The notes beneath the pieces were generated by a model. That model made no database searches. It saw nothing but the letters and a program-made list of their open reading frames with translations, and was not told the DNA's origin. From Flavobacteriales bacterium (GTDB taxonomy: Bacteria > Bacteroidota > Bacteroidia > Flavobacteriales > UBA7312): DNA of 64,000 nucleotides. How positions within the stretch are numbered: the first letter of the stretch is position 1; the number at the start of each line of letters is the position of its first letter. The DNA is taken from assembly GCA_965277895.1 (NCBI GenBank), contig CBDIDR010000001.1:74-64073 (forward strand), given 5' to 3'. The translations under genes and the position numbers were made by a program. Positions 1-10,886 of this stretch are shown in pieces.

Positions 1-384
1 GTAATGCTACCCTTAATTTATGCTGGATATAATAGCGAAGAGAGAGAGAAGATGGCATTAGATGCTCTTGAAAAAGTAAGTCTTTCAGACAGAGTTACGC
101 ATAGACCAAACGAACTCTCAGGTGGGCAAAGGCAAAGAGTAGCCGTTGCTAGAGCACTTGTGAATAACCCATCCATAATTTTAGCAGACGAACCTACTGG
201 AAACCTTGATAGTGCTACTTCTGTTGAAATAATGGCACTCTTTCAAGAAATTCATAAAAATGGTAACACAGTAATCATTGTAACTCACGAAGATGAAATC
301 GCACAATATGCTCATAGAATCGTAAGACTGAAAGACGGTGAAATTGAAAGTGATACCATTAACAAATCACCAATAAATTCATAA
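1..384 (+). CDS. ABC transporter ATP-binding protein, C-terminal part (MacB/LolD-like); the 5' end lies outside the window
   Basis: The ORF is open to the window edge. It carries the ABC signature [15 protein letters not shown], Walker [13 protein letters not shown] and an H-loop VTHE. Confidence 0.85.
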   Translation, partial: VMLPLIYAGYNSEEREKMALDALEKVSLSDRVTHRPNELSGGQRQRVAVARALVNNPSIILADEPTGNLDSATSVEIMALFQEIHKNGNTVIIVTHEDEIAQYAHRIVRLKDGEIESDTINKSPINS

Positions 385-388
385 GCTT

Positions 389-937
389 ATGAAAGTGTAT
401 ACAAAAAAAGGCGATAAAGGAACAACTCAATTGATAGGAGGAAAACGAGTCCCAAAAAATCACGATAGAATTGATGCTTATGGAACGGTAGATGAATTAA
501 ACTCTTACATGGGTCTACTTAGAGACCAAAGTATTGGAAAAGATACCCATGAACTCATAATTACAATTCAAAATAAGCTATTCACTATTGGAGCTCTACT
601 TGCCAATCAAGATGACAACAACAAAATGAAGTTGCCACTCATAGACGAAAAAGATGTAACTCTACTTGAAAATGAAATCGATAAAATGAATGAATCATTA
701 CCAGAAATGCGATTCTTCATTTTACCAGGCGGTCATACAACAGTATCTTTTTGTCACATTGCTAGATGTGTATGTAGACGTGCAGAACGCTTAACCATTC
801 AAATTGATGAAGACGTATTACAAATTGAAATAATTTTAAAATACCTTAACCGACTCTCTGATTACCTATTTGTTTTAAGCAGGTATCTATCCAAAAATCT
901 TGATGCAACAGAAATCCCTTGGATTTCAGCTGAGTAA
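389..937 (+). CDS. PduO-type ATP:cob(I)alamin adenosyltransferase
   Basis: The N-terminus MKVYTKKGDKGTTQLIGGKRVPKNHDRIDAYGTVDELNSYMG is typical of the family. It starts 4 nt after the upstream ABC gene. Confidence 0.85.
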   Translation: MKVYTKKGDKGTTQLIGGKRVPKNHDRIDAYGTVDELNSYMGLLRDQSIGKDTHELIITIQNKLFTIGALLANQDDNNKMKLPLIDEKDVTLLENEIDKMNESLPEMRFFILPGGHTTVSFCHIARCVCRRAERLTIQIDEDVLQIEIILKYLNRLSDYLFVLSRYLSKNLDATEIPWISAE

Positions 938-989
938 AAAAACCCTTGTCTATTTCGCTAAAAAATTTACATTTGCAAAAATTTTAACT

Positions 990-1211
990 ATGTATTGGAC
1001 TTTAGAATTAGCCTCAAAACTGGAAGACGCACCTTGGCCAGCGAACAAAGATGAGTTAATTGATTTTGCTATTCGCTCTGGTGCACCAATGGAAGTTGTA
1101 GAAAACCTACAAGAACTTGAAGACGACGGTGAAATGTTTGATTCAATTGAAGATATTTGGCCAGACTATCCAGATAAAGACGACTTCTTCTTTAATGAAG
1201 ATGAGTACTAA
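990..1211 (+). CDS. DUF2795-like small acidic protein
   Basis: MYWTLELASKLEDAPWPANKDELIDFAIRSGAPMEVVENL resembles DUF2795. I chose the internal ATG at 990 because the 900 start overlaps the upstream gene. Confidence 0.65.
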   Translation: MYWTLELASKLEDAPWPANKDELIDFAIRSGAPMEVVENLQELEDDGEMFDSIEDIWPDYPDKDDFFFNEDEY

Positions 1212-1219
1212 CATTTTCT

Positions 1220-1242
1220 AGCCGCTATAAGCGGCTTTTTTT
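1220..1242 (+). terminator. Rho-independent terminator after the DUF2795 gene
   Basis: The 6-bp stem agccgc/gcggct has a 5-nt loop and is followed by a 7-nt T run. Confidence 0.6.
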
Positions 1243-1275
1243 ATGCTATTAAGCAAGCAATCCCTCAAAAAAAAG

Positions 1276-1283
1276 TAAATTTG
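1276..1283 (+). promoter_or_regulatory. Candidate Bacteroidota sigma-A -7 box (TAnnTTTG) for secA
   Basis: TAAATTTG lies 29 nt upstream of the secA ATG. Confidence 0.4.
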
Positions 1284-1312
1284 TGGATTGTAACACATCT
1301 TAATTTTAAGTA

Positions 1313-4300
1313 ATGGGAATATTTGATTTTGCTACTAAGGTTTTTGGAAACAAATACGATAAAGATTTAAAAGAAATCAATCCTATTATTGAAAAAATCA
1401 AAAGTGTACACCCTTCAATACAATCTCTAAGCAATGATGAACTTAGAGCCAAAACCACTAGTTTCAAACAACAAATTGAAGAGGCTACTAAAGACACTTA
1501 CAAAGAAATTGATACCCTTAAAGAAAAAGCCGAGAGTACAGATATAGAGCTTCAACAAAAAGAATCAATTTACGCTGATATTGATACTCTAGAAAAGAAT
1601 GTTGTTGAAAAAACAGAAGAAGTTCTTGAACAAATTCTTCCTGAAGCCTTCGCTGTTGTAAAAGAAACCGCCCAACGATTTTCTAATGGAAATATAGAAG
1701 TTACTGCAAGTGATTTTGACAAAGACCTCGCTGCTATGTATGGCAATGTTGAAATAAAAGGTGAAAAAGCCATATTTCATAATAAATGGATAGCCGCAGG
1801 AAATGAAATCGTATGGGATATGGTTCATTACGATGTGCAGTTAATTGGTGGCTATGTACTTCACTCAGGAAAAATTGCAGAGATGCAAACTGGTGAGGGA
1901 AAAACACTATCGGCAACTCTACCCGTTTATTTAAATGCACTGTCTGGCAAAGGTGTTCACCTTGTAACAGTAAATGATTACTTAGCCAAAAGAGACTGCG
2001 AGTGGATGGGACCTCTATACCAATTCCATGGATTATCCATTGACTGCATAGATAGGCATCAACCAAATTCAGAAGACAGAAGAAATGCATATTTAGCTGA
2101 TATTACCTACGGTACAAATAACGAATTTGGATTCGATTACCTTAGAGATAATATGGCTAGACGTCCACAAGATTTGGTTCAACGTCCACACAATTACGCT
2201 ATTGTAGATGAGGTCGATTCAGTTCTAATTGATGATGCCAGAACACCACTTATAATTTCTGGTCCAACACCAACAGGCGACAAGCATGAATTTAACGAGC
2301 TAAAACATAAAATAAGTGCTTTGGTTGACGCTCAAAAGAAATTTATAAATACTGTTTTAGCAGATGCTAAAAAGCTCATAAAAGAAGGCGACAACAAAGA
2401 AGGTGGTTTTAAATTATTAAGAGCATACAGAGGATTGCCTAAAAATAAAGCATTAATAAAATTCCTTAGTGAAGATGGCGTAAGAGCACTACTTCAAAAA
2501 ACAGAGAATTTTTACATGCAAGACCAAGGCAAAGAAATGCCAATAGTCGATGAAGAATTATTCTTCGTTATCGATGAACAGCACAATTCTATCGAACTTA
2601 CCGACAAAGGTATTGACCTAATTACAAGCAGTACTGACGACAGTAACTTCTTTATTATGCCAGATGTAGGCTCAGAAATTGCCGACCTCGAGAAAGCAGA
2701 ATTAAACGATAAAGATAAGCTCGTCAAAAAAGAAGCTTTGATGAGAGATTACTCCATAAAAAGTGAAAGAATACATTCGGTCAATCAGTTATTGAAAGCC
2801 TATACCCTATTCGAAAAGGACGTTGAATACGTATTGATGGACAATAAAGTTAAAATTGTTGACGAACAAACTGGTCGTATCATGGACGGCAGACGTTATT
2901 CTGACGGGCTCCATCAAGCTATTGAAGCTAAAGAAAATGTCAAGATTGAAGCCGCTACGCAAACGTTTGCTACCATTACACTTCAGAACTATTTTAGAAT
3001 GTACAACAAGCTTTCTGGTATGACTGGAACTGCTGAAACTGAAGCTGGTGAATTCTGGGACATATATGAATTGGATGTTGTAGTTATTCCAACAAACAGG
3101 CCCATACAACGAGACGATAAAGAAGATAAAGTTTATAAAACTGCTCGTGAAAAGTACAATGCGGTAATTGATGAAATTGTTGAAATCAGCAAACAAGGAC
3201 GACCTATACTAGTGGGTACTACTTCTGTTGAGATTTCTGAACTATTGAGCCGATTGCTCACCATGAAAAACATTAAACACAATGTTCTTAACGCTAAACT
3301 TCACCAAAAAGAAGCCGATATTGTAGCAGAAGCGGGAAAAGCTGGAAACGTTACTATCGCCACAAATATGGCAGGTCGTGGAACAGATATTAAACTGAGT
3401 GATGAGGTAAAGGAAAATGGTGGTTTAGCAATTATTGGTACAGAACGTCACGATTCAAGACGAGTAGACCGACAGCTTAGAGGGCGTGCTGGTCGACAAG
3501 GTGATCCAGGTTCATCTCAATTTTTCGTTTCTTTAGAAGACAACTTAATGCGACTATTTGGCTCGGATAGAATTGCCAAAATGATGGACCGTATGGGCTT
3601 AGAAGAAGGCGAAGTCATTCAGCATTCAATGATTACCAAATCCATCGAAAGAGCACAGAAAAAAGTTGAAGAAAACAACTTCGGAATTCGTAAACGATTA
3701 CTAGAGTACGATGACGTAATGAACGCCCAACGTACAGTAATTTATAAAAAGAGAAAACACGCCTTATTTGGAGATCGACTTGCTGTTGACATTGACAATA
3801 TGATATACGATACTTGTGAAAGTATCGCTACCGAATACCAAGCTTTGCAAGACTTTGACGGCTTCAAATTAGAGCTAATTCGATTCCTCAGCATTGAATG
3901 TCCAGTTAATGAAGAAGATTTCAAGCAATTGAATACAGACCAATTAACTGAAAAAATATACCAATCGTCAATTGAGAATTATAAAGTCAAAAACTCAGTA
4001 ATTGGCAAAAAGACTTTCCCAGTAATTAAAGATGTTTTTGAAAACCAGTCGGCAACCTATGAAAATATTGTAATTCCATTTACTGACGGACTAAAAACCT
4101 TACAAGTTGTCACTAATCTAAAAGAAGCCTACGAAACTGAAGGTGGAAATATTCCATTATCGATTGAAAAAGGCGTAACTCTTGCCATTATAGATAGTTC
4201 ATGGAAAGAGAACTTAAGAGAATTAGATGACCTAAAACAATCCGTTCAGAATGCCACCTATGAGCAAAAAGACCCATTACTTATTTATAAGTTTGAGTCC

Positions 4301-4576
4301 TTTAACCTCTTTAAGCAGATGATGGAACAGGTTAATAAAGATATTGTTTCCTTCTTGACAAAAGCTAATCTGCCAGAGCAAACCTCTGTGAAACAAGAGC
4401 AACAACAAACTCAAGAAAAACTTCAAACTGGAAGACAGGATATTGGAGGCGGCTCAAATCAAGGCTCTAAACCTAAGCCAAAAGTACAGCCTGTTCGAGT
4501 AGAACAAAAAGTAGGAAGAAACGAACCTTGTCCGTGCGGAAGTGGAAAAAAATTCAAACAATGTCACGGAAAGTAA
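1313..4576 (+). CDS. secA: Preprotein translocase ATPase SecA
   Basis: 1087 aa with the motor motifs MQTGEGKTL and [19 protein letters not shown], plus the C-terminal zinc finger [14 protein letters not shown]. Confidence 0.98.
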   Translation: MGIFDFATKVFGNKYDKDLKEINPIIEKIKSVHPSIQSLSNDELRAKTTSFKQQIEEATKDTYKEIDTLKEKAESTDIELQQKESIYADIDTLEKNVVEKTEEVLEQILPEAFAVVKETAQRFSNGNIEVTASDFDKDLAAMYGNVEIKGEKAIFHNKWIAAGNEIVWDMVHYDVQLIGGYVLHSGKIAEMQTGEGKTLSATLPVYLNALSGKGVHLVTVNDYLAKRDCEWMGPLYQFHGLSIDCIDRHQPNSEDRRNAYLADITYGTNNEFGFDYLRDNMARRPQDLVQRPHNYAIVDEVDSVLIDDARTPLIISGPTPTGDKHEFNELKHKISALVDAQKKFINTVLADAKKLIKEGDNKEGGFKLLRAYRGLPKNKALIKFLSEDGVRALLQKTENFYMQDQGKEMPIVDEELFFVIDEQHNSIELTDKGIDLITSSTDDSNFFIMPDVGSEIADLEKAELNDKDKLVKKEALMRDYSIKSERIHSVNQLLKAYTLFEKDVEYVLMDNKVKIVDEQTGRIMDGRRYSDGLHQAIEAKENVKIEAATQTFATITLQNYFRMYNKLSGMTGTAETEAGEFWDIYELDVVVIPTNRPIQRDDKEDKVYKTAREKYNAVIDEIVEISKQGRPILVGTTSVEISELLSRLLTMKNIKHNVLNAKLHQKEADIVAEAGKAGNVTIATNMAGRGTDIKLSDEVKENGGLAIIGTERHDSRRVDRQLRGRAGRQGDPGSSQFFVSLEDNLMRLFGSDRIAKMMDRMGLEEGEVIQHSMITKSIERAQKKVEENNFGIRKRLLEYDDVMNAQRTVIYKKRKHALFGDRLAVDIDNMIYDTCESIATEYQALQDFDGFKLELIRFLSIECPVNEEDFKQLNTDQLTEKIYQSSIENYKVKNSVIGKKTFPVIKDVFENQSATYENIVIPFTDGLKTLQVVTNLKEAYETEGGNIPLSIEKGVTLAIIDSSWKENLRELDDLKQSVQNATYEQKDPLLIYKFESFNLFKQMMEQVNKDIVSFLTKANLPEQTSVKQEQQQTQEKLQTGRQDIGGGSNQGSKPKPKVQPVRVEQKVGRNEPCPCGSGKKFKQCHGK

Positions 4577-5164
4577 CTAAGCTATTAGCTTTTTCCATTT
4601 GAAGTATCCTACAAAAGACATGATGAAATACACCAAGATAAGGCCAGCATAAATGTCTAATCCCTTATCGAAATAAAGCCCAATAGTAAACCCATTGATA
4701 ACTATCCAATATTTCCATGAAGATAAGACCTTCTTTGCTTCAAGAAAAGTTGCAAGAAAACTAAAAACAGTCGTAAAAGAATCTATGTAGGGCCGTTCTG
4801 CATCTGTATAGGTATTAAAAAACCAAGCCAAAGAAAATGCTAGAACACATGATGATAAAATATAATAGACATGATTGGTTGGATTCACATCACTGATTCT
4901 TAATAGTGAATCGTCTTTACTTTTTCGACTCCATAAATAATAACCATAAAAGCCAACAACCACATAATACGAATACAATATAGCCTCAGAATAGAGCTTG
5001 GTGTGAACGAATAAAAAGATACTCAATAAAGACCCCAATATGCCGAAAATCCAACACTCTATTCTTTCCTTAATTAATAGCCATATGTATATCAGTCCAA
5101 ATACAACTGCTAAAACTTCTATGATAAAATATAAATCCAAAATTTTAATAAAATGAATATGCAA
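4577..5164 (-). CDS. pnuC: Nicotinamide riboside/NMN transporter PnuC family
   Basis: 195-aa polytopic membrane protein. It has PnuC-like Trp/Tyr-rich motifs (ECWIFGILGS, YGYYLW, WKYWIVINGFTIGLY, VGYFKWKK). Confidence 0.7.
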   Translation of the reverse strand: MHIHFIKILDLYFIIEVLAVVFGLIYIWLLIKERIECWIFGILGSLLSIFLFVHTKLYSEAILYSYYVVVGFYGYYLWSRKSKDDSLLRISDVNPTNHVYYILSSCVLAFSLAWFFNTYTDAERPYIDSFTTVFSFLATFLEAKKVLSSWKYWIVINGFTIGLYFDKGLDIYAGLILVYFIMSFVGYFKWKKLIA

Positions 5165-5227
5165 ATAGAACTAAAAAATGGATGTTTTCAAACAAATCAA
5201 GCCATAGAAAAAAATACTAATGAAAAA

Positions 5228-5670
5228 TTATATTGCCGCTTCTTTTGCATTTGCCTTCGGAACTATTAATCCCTTGAAACCTTCTTTTCTTGCTTGTATG
5301 GCAATGGGCAAAGCTCCTTTTATGGGCTGTAGTCCGCCGTCTAAAGACAGTTCGCCCATTATAACAAAGTCTTTTAACTTGTCTTCTTTTATTTGATGTG
5401 TGGAAGCTAGAATCCCAATAGCAAGTGGAAGGTCATATGCAGAACCTTCTTTTCTAATATCGGCAGGTGCCATATTAATTATAAACTTCTTACCAGGAAT
5501 ACGATAGCCAGTATTTTTTAGTGCCGCTTCTATTCTATAATGATTCTCTTTAACCGCATTATCTGGCAGACCTACTAGAAAAATTTTATACCAGCTGAGG
5601 CATTTAATTCAATTGTAATGGTAGTGGCATCTATACCGAAAACGGCAGAGCCATAAGTTTTGACAAGCAT
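5228..5670 (-). pseudogene. comM: Remnant of comM/yifB (Mg-chelatase-like AAA+ protein): the N-terminal Lon-like domain only, frameshifted and 3'-truncated
   Basis: From the ATG at 5670 the translation is MLVKTYGSAVFGIDATTITIELNASAGIKFF*. A shifted frame then continues LVGLPDNAVKENHYRIEAALKNTGYRIPGKKFIINMAPADIRKEGSAYDLPLAIGILAS...KANAKEAAI*. The AAA+ core is absent. Confidence 0.75.
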
Positions 5671-5694
5671 TTAAGCTTATTTTAATCTACCTTT

Positions 5695-7707
5695 TTACCG
5701 GTAGAATTCATCTATACCATCATCGAGCCACGATTTGAATAAATCAACTTCACCATAGTCTTGATAGTTTGCTGAGACGCCTAATTGATTTTCATCATGG
5801 TCTAGAATTACATAATAAGGCTGTGAGTTTGTTTTATACGTTTCAGCTTGTAGCACCGTCCATTTATCTCCTACAGTTCTTACCTTCTTCTTTTTACCTG
5901 CAATTGTAGTTTCGTATTGTTCATCTTCAGGAAGAGGCGTTCGTTCATCGACGTACAAGGAGATAAGTACAACCTCTTCTTTAAGAGTTTGCTTAACTCC
6001 AGGGTTAGACCATACTTGCTCTTCCATTTTACGGCAGTTAACACACGCCCAACCCGTAAAATCAATCATTACTGGTAATCCTACTTTCTTTGCGTGGGCA
6101 AGTCCTTCTTCGTAATCGTGAAAGACCATCAAACCTTGAGGACCTAAATGCTGTCCCTCATAATTATCATGTGAATCTACTGAACCTCCACCGGCAGTAT
6201 AGCCAACACCGTATGGCGACTCACTATAATGCATTGGGGGTGGAAAAGCATTAATTAATTTTAGCGGCGCTCCCCACAAACCTGGTATCATATAAATAGT
6301 CAATACACCCGTTAGTATGGCTGTAAATAATCGACCTACGGATAGGTACTCTAAATCGCTATCATGAGATAACTTGAAAATCCCCAATAAATACATAGTA
6401 AGAAGTCCAAAAATGACTATCCAAATTGCTATAAATACTTCTCTTTCTATTAAGTGGGTTTGCCAAACTAAGTCCGCATTTGAAAGAAATTTAAAGGCTA
6501 ATGCCAACTCTAAAAATCCTAAAACAACCTTTACAGAGTTCAACCAACCACCAGACTGCGGCAATGAATTTAACCATCCTGGGAAGGCTGCAAAAAGTGC
6601 AAATGGCAATGCTATGGCTAACGAAAATCCTAACATCCCAATAATTGGCCCCATATAATCACCACCTGATGCCGCCTCAACTAAGAGCGTACCAACAATT
6701 GGTCCTGTACAAGAAAATGATACTAAAGCCAACACTAAGGCCATAAAGAATATGCCAATTAATCCTCCTTTATCAGAAGCTTTATCCGCCTTATTTATCC
6801 ACGAGTGTGGGAGAGTCAACTCAAAAGCACCTAAAAAGGATGCTGCAAAAACAACTAGTAATACAAAGAACGCAATATTGAAATACGCATTTGTTGCCAT
6901 ACTATTAAGTACTTCAGGCCCAAAAACTGCCGATACTCCAACGCCTAAAGCAACGTAAATAAATATGATTGATAAACCATAAATAATAGCGTTAGAAACT
7001 CCCTTTGCTTTACTCTTACTTTGCTTGGTAAAATAACTTACCGTCATTGGAATCATAGGGAATACACAAGGCGTTAGTAAGGCTGCAAAACCACTAAAAA
7101 ATGCAATGAAAAATATACTCCACATGCCTTTTTTAGACTCTTTTTTCTCATCATTTTTTTCCTCATCTGAATGTGAACTATCTTCAGAAGACACCAAATT
7201 TAGTGAAAATGACGATTCGCTTTCTTCTTCTACAACAGTTTCAGTATCGGCACTTGAATCTGAATTTCCTAGATTAAATGAAAACTCTACATACTCTGGT
7301 GGTAAACATTGGGACTCGTCACAAACCATAAACACAAACTCACCACTTACTGTCGCCGAATTGCTTAATAGTTTAACTTTTTGACTGAAAACTGCTTTTT
7401 TCTTGAAGTACTTTAGTACCATATCAAAGTTTGGATCAAACTCTTCAATAGTCTCACCTTCTTCTACATTTCCAACTAATTCATAGCCCTCTGTATCAAA
7501 GAAGGTAAACTCTGTTGGGATTGGACCGTCATCACCTACATGTTGAGAGTATACGTACCAACCATCTTCTATATTGGCTTCGAAAAGTAAATTATATTCT
7601 GAATCACCTAAATCCTGTTGTGAAAAACTCCATTCAACAGGATTGAAAATTTGGGAAAACAGTAAGCTTGGTAAGAAAAATATAAGGGCTAAAAGATTCT
7701 TTTTCAT
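5695..7707 (-). CDS. dsbD: Thiol:disulfide interchange protein DsbD (N-terminal domain, membrane core and C-terminal thioredoxin domain)
   Basis: It has a signal peptide, the membrane-core Cys motif TPCVFPMIP, and the C-terminal thioredoxin motif WACVNC. Confidence 0.9.
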   Translation of the reverse strand: MKKNLLALIFFLPSLLFSQIFNPVEWSFSQQDLGDSEYNLLFEANIEDGWYVYSQHVGDDGPIPTEFTFFDTEGYELVGNVEEGETIEEFDPNFDMVLKYFKKKAVFSQKVKLLSNSATVSGEFVFMVCDESQCLPPEYVEFSFNLGNSDSSADTETVVEEESESSFSLNLVSSEDSSHSDEEKNDEKKESKKGMWSIFFIAFFSGFAALLTPCVFPMIPMTVSYFTKQSKSKAKGVSNAIIYGLSIIFIYVALGVGVSAVFGPEVLNSMATNAYFNIAFFVLLVVFAASFLGAFELTLPHSWINKADKASDKGGLIGIFFMALVLALVSFSCTGPIVGTLLVEAASGGDYMGPIIGMLGFSLAIALPFALFAAFPGWLNSLPQSGGWLNSVKVVLGFLELALAFKFLSNADLVWQTHLIEREVFIAIWIVIFGLLTMYLLGIFKLSHDSDLEYLSVGRLFTAILTGVLTIYMIPGLWGAPLKLINAFPPPMHYSESPYGVGYTAGGGSVDSHDNYEGQHLGPQGLMVFHDYEEGLAHAKKVGLPVMIDFTGWACVNCRKMEEQVWSNPGVKQTLKEEVVLISLYVDERTPLPEDEQYETTIAGKKKKVRTVGDKWTVLQAETYKTNSQPYYVILDHDENQLGVSANYQDYGEVDLFKSWLDDGIDEFYR

Positions 7708-7709
7708 AA

Positions 7710-8201
7710 TTATTTATTTATCTGTTGTTGTAAAACTAATAGTAATTCTGAGGGCTTTTGACTGCCAATTAGATATCGTAAACCATCCTTATCAACTAAT
7801 TCTATACATTCTTTTCCTCTGGTATAAAAATGTATAGCCCCTTTTCTATGAAGGTTGTACACGGCTCTATTAAAAAAGAAACGACTGTATTTTATTTTGG
7901 AAACACTTTTAATTGATGACATATCAATCTTGACTTTTCGGGCTGTCCATAGTCCTTCTAAAATAAGGCTTCCATTTACGACTTTCGTTTTGAAGTGAAG
8001 GATAAAAACGAGTACGGCTGACACAAGAAGTATGGCTGTACCCAGAATAAATAACAAATTTCCAGAACCTATAGCTTCTTGAGTTTCTTCCGACCAGTAA
8101 AACGATAAAAAGCAGAAAAGAGCAAGCACCATACGCCTTAATAAAGACAAACGGTTATAGCCTAAATGCTGACTTTCTTCAAATAATAATTCATCACTCA
8201 T
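7710..8201 (-). CDS. Hypothetical membrane protein with two TM helices and a bacterial PH-like C-terminal domain
   Basis: 163-aa ORF. It overlaps the tilS stop by 4 nt and ends 2 nt before the dsbD start. It has two hydrophobic helices followed by a ~90-aa soluble domain. Confidence 0.5.
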   Translation of the reverse strand: MSDELLFEESQHLGYNRLSLLRRMVLALFCFLSFYWSEETQEAIGSGNLLFILGTAILLVSAVLVFILHFKTKVVNGSLILEGLWTARKVKIDMSSIKSVSKIKYSRFFFNRAVYNLHRKGAIHFYTRGKECIELVDKDGLRYLIGSQKPSELLLVLQQQINK

Positions 8202-9505
8202 GATTGATTTTTCAAAGGTTGGACAAGATAAACTTTTTCTGTTTCTGCGACAAGTTTGTAAGACTCATTTATCCGCTCTCCAACTATGCATACAATATCA
8301 TCTAACGAACAAATCACCCAAGTATTTTCTTTTTGAATGGTTGAGAATTTTTTATCAATCAAATAATCACTTATTTTTTTTCTTCCCTCCATTCCAAGTG
8401 GCGTAAAAGTATCTCCATTCTTCCATTTTCTTAATGTTAATGGAAAGTGTAGCTTATCATAGTCTAGCATTGACACCTTACTATCCTTAATTAAATTGAA
8501 AGACGAGAAATTATGAATATCAATCTTCAAGGAAATAGGCTGCTCTACACATTGTGTTTCTTCATAGATTTGAATATTACTATCTACTTTCGATGGTATT
8601 TCTGATAGACAAAGGGTATTTCTTTCTTTAACGATTCGATATTCTGAATTTAAAACTTGCTTACCAACTTCTGCATCAAGCAAAGCAAATACATCTTTCC
8701 AATTAAAAGGTCCATAGTTTTTAAGACATTCGTACAGTATTTCATCTTTATCAATCAGAGTTTTTAGATACTCTACTTCAAAAAACTTAGCGCCATCTTT
8801 TTCAGTTGTGTGACGCTCTAAATAATAGTCTGTATCACGTATTAGCTTGGCGTAAATACGCTTGTTTTCTTCAATTTCTTGCAATAACTCTGATTTAGAG
8901 AGATTGGGTACAACTTCATATCTTATTCTATTTCTTTGATAGTCTGATGAAAGGTTTGATTTATCTAACCTAAATTCAATGGACTGATTTTTGATATACT
9001 CCTCAATTTGCTTAGCACTTAAAGCGAGCATTGGTCGAATGATATTTCCATTTTTGATTGGAATACCTTGCAATGCTCCCAAACTAGATTTTCTACTTTT
9101 CTTTATTAATAGTGTTTCAATGCTATCATCAGAGTGGTGAGCTGTTACTATTTTAGTGTAATTATATTTCTGCAAAACCTCATTAAAAAACTGATAGCGT
9201 AAATCTCTTGCTGCCATTTGAATAGACAAGCTGTTATTTCTAGCATAAAGTGCAGTATCAAATGACTTGGAGTAAAAATCTACTCCAAAATCCTTAGCTA
9301 AATCACTAACAAACTGCTCATCCAACTCACTCTCAGTACCCCTTAGCTTAAAATTACAATGTACAATCCCAAATTCATATGGCAATTCACTAAATAAATG
9401 CGTCATACATACACTGTCTTTACCGCCACTAACAGCTAATAACAGCTTATCATCACTTGAAATTAGATTATGCTGAGAAATAAATTGAGACAGTATATTA
9501 AGCAT
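8198..9505 (-). CDS. tilS: tRNA(Ile)-lysidine synthase
   Basis: It has the PP-loop motif AVSGGKDSV and family-typical length and architecture. Confidence 0.9.
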   Translation of the reverse strand: MLNILSQFISQHNLISSDDKLLLAVSGGKDSVCMTHLFSELPYEFGIVHCNFKLRGTESELDEQFVSDLAKDFGVDFYSKSFDTALYARNNSLSIQMAARDLRYQFFNEVLQKYNYTKIVTAHHSDDSIETLLIKKSRKSSLGALQGIPIKNGNIIRPMLALSAKQIEEYIKNQSIEFRLDKSNLSSDYQRNRIRYEVVPNLSKSELLQEIEENKRIYAKLIRDTDYYLERHTTEKDGAKFFEVEYLKTLIDKDEILYECLKNYGPFNWKDVFALLDAEVGKQVLNSEYRIVKERNTLCLSEIPSKVDSNIQIYEETQCVEQPISLKIDIHNFSSFNLIKDSKVSMLDYDKLHFPLTLRKWKNGDTFTPLGMEGRKKISDYLIDKKFSTIQKENTWVICSLDDIVCIVGERINESYKLVAETEKVYLVQPLKNQS

Positions 9506-10790
9506 TTAGCACCTCCAACATCGCTTTTGCCTTTAGCTCGCATTCGGCATACTCATCATCTCCTTTTGCGTTTGCAGTAATTGCACTTCCAACTGACAGT
9601 GAAACATAGCCATTTGTGGAATTGTACAAAATACTTCGAATAATCACATTAAAATCGAAATCTCCGTTAGGGGTTACGTAGCCTACTGAGCCAGAATATA
9701 ATCCTCTTTTAAATGTTTCATATTCTTCGATAAGCTGCATAGCTCTAATTTTAGGTGCTCCTGTCATACTCCCCATTGGAAATGTAGTCTTTAAAACCTC
9801 ACTCCAGTGGATATCATCTTTTAAATCAGAGGTAACGGTAGAAATCATCTGATGAACTTGAGTAAAAGAATAAATGCCGAATAACTCTTCAACTTTAACT
9901 GAAGACTTTTGGGCTGTTTTAGACAAGTCGTTTCGCACCAAATCAACAATCATCACATTTTCAGATTGCTCTTTTGGGCATTGACGAAGCTCCTCTTTTA
10001 ATTTCAAATCTTCCTCAAATGAATTGCCTCTTTTTCGTGTCCCTTTAATGGGTTGTGATATAATAGTGTTATCAACTTTCTTTACAAATCGTTCAGGACT
10101 TGCACTCATTAAATAAAAGTCATTCGTTCTGAAAAAAGCTGAAAATGGAGAGTTTGAAATTTCATAAAGGCTTTGAAAAGTGTTAACTGGATTTAACTCT
10201 GCTGACTTTGCAAAATACTCTTGACAAAAATTAACTTCATAAATATCTCCTCTTTTGATATGCTCTTGCAGCTTATTAAAAGTTGAAATATACTCTGATT
10301 TTGAAATTCTGCTATTCATATTCACGGCAGAAGATCTATTACTATCATTTTTAGTTAGCATTATTTCTTTAAAAATCAACTGCATTTCCTTTCTTGGGGT
10401 GTCGACGGGAAAATGAATACTAATGTCGTTACCAATAATTCCAAATACCCACTTTGGTTGAAAAAAATACAGATTTGGAAGGTTTAATTCATCCGTATTA
10501 TTGGATTGTAAGTCTTCAACTTCATTTTTTAAATCATAACTCAAAAATCCAAATATCCAGTCTTTTTTTTCGTCATGGTAAGACTTTAGCGAATCAAACG
10601 AATCTGCATTGCAAACAAGTGTTGACATCGAATCGGCACCAACAAGCATATCATATGTCATGTGTAAGCCATTTTCTTCAGCCGTCTCTCCAATATAAGA
10701 AGCGGTTTGTTGAAACTGAGACGCCCAAGACAATAGATTTTGTTTGAACAATTCAATATTCGCTATATGATATGTAGCTGTTTGTCTCAC
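9498..10790 (-). CDS. pabB: Aminodeoxychorismate synthase component I (chorismate-binding enzyme family)
   Basis: The motifs PMGSMTGAPKIRAMQLIEEYE and RGLYSGSVGY are present. It has a GTG start. Its size (430 aa) favours PabB over TrpE. Confidence 0.75.
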   Translation of the reverse strand: MRQTATYHIANIELFKQNLLSWASQFQQTASYIGETAEENGLHMTYDMLVGADSMSTLVCNADSFDSLKSYHDEKKDWIFGFLSYDLKNEVEDLQSNNTDELNLPNLYFFQPKWVFGIIGNDISIHFPVDTPRKEMQLIFKEIMLTKNDSNRSSAVNMNSRISKSEYISTFNKLQEHIKRGDIYEVNFCQEYFAKSAELNPVNTFQSLYEISNSPFSAFFRTNDFYLMSASPERFVKKVDNTIISQPIKGTRKRGNSFEEDLKLKEELRQCPKEQSENVMIVDLVRNDLSKTAQKSSVKVEELFGIYSFTQVHQMISTVTSDLKDDIHWSEVLKTTFPMGSMTGAPKIRAMQLIEEYETFKRGLYSGSVGYVTPNGDFDFNVIIRSILYNSTNGYVSLSVGSAITANAKGDDEYAECELKAKAMLEVLNA

Positions 10791-10886
10791 ACTACAAAAC
10801 TAATGATTATTGCATCTGAAAGGACCAAGAATTAATTGTATTAGATTATTTTTTTTAACTTGTCAGCTAACAAATCATATTTTATC

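Noticed and set aside
900-989. Upstream extensions of several ORFs: 900 for DUF2795, 25428 GTG for gcvP, 41708 for the MFS gene, 41817 for recX, 10860 TTG, and 20033 TTG for TSUP
   Set aside because: Each extension overlaps a neighbouring gene or promoter region and adds non-conserved residues. Internal ATGs reproduce the family-typical N-termini.
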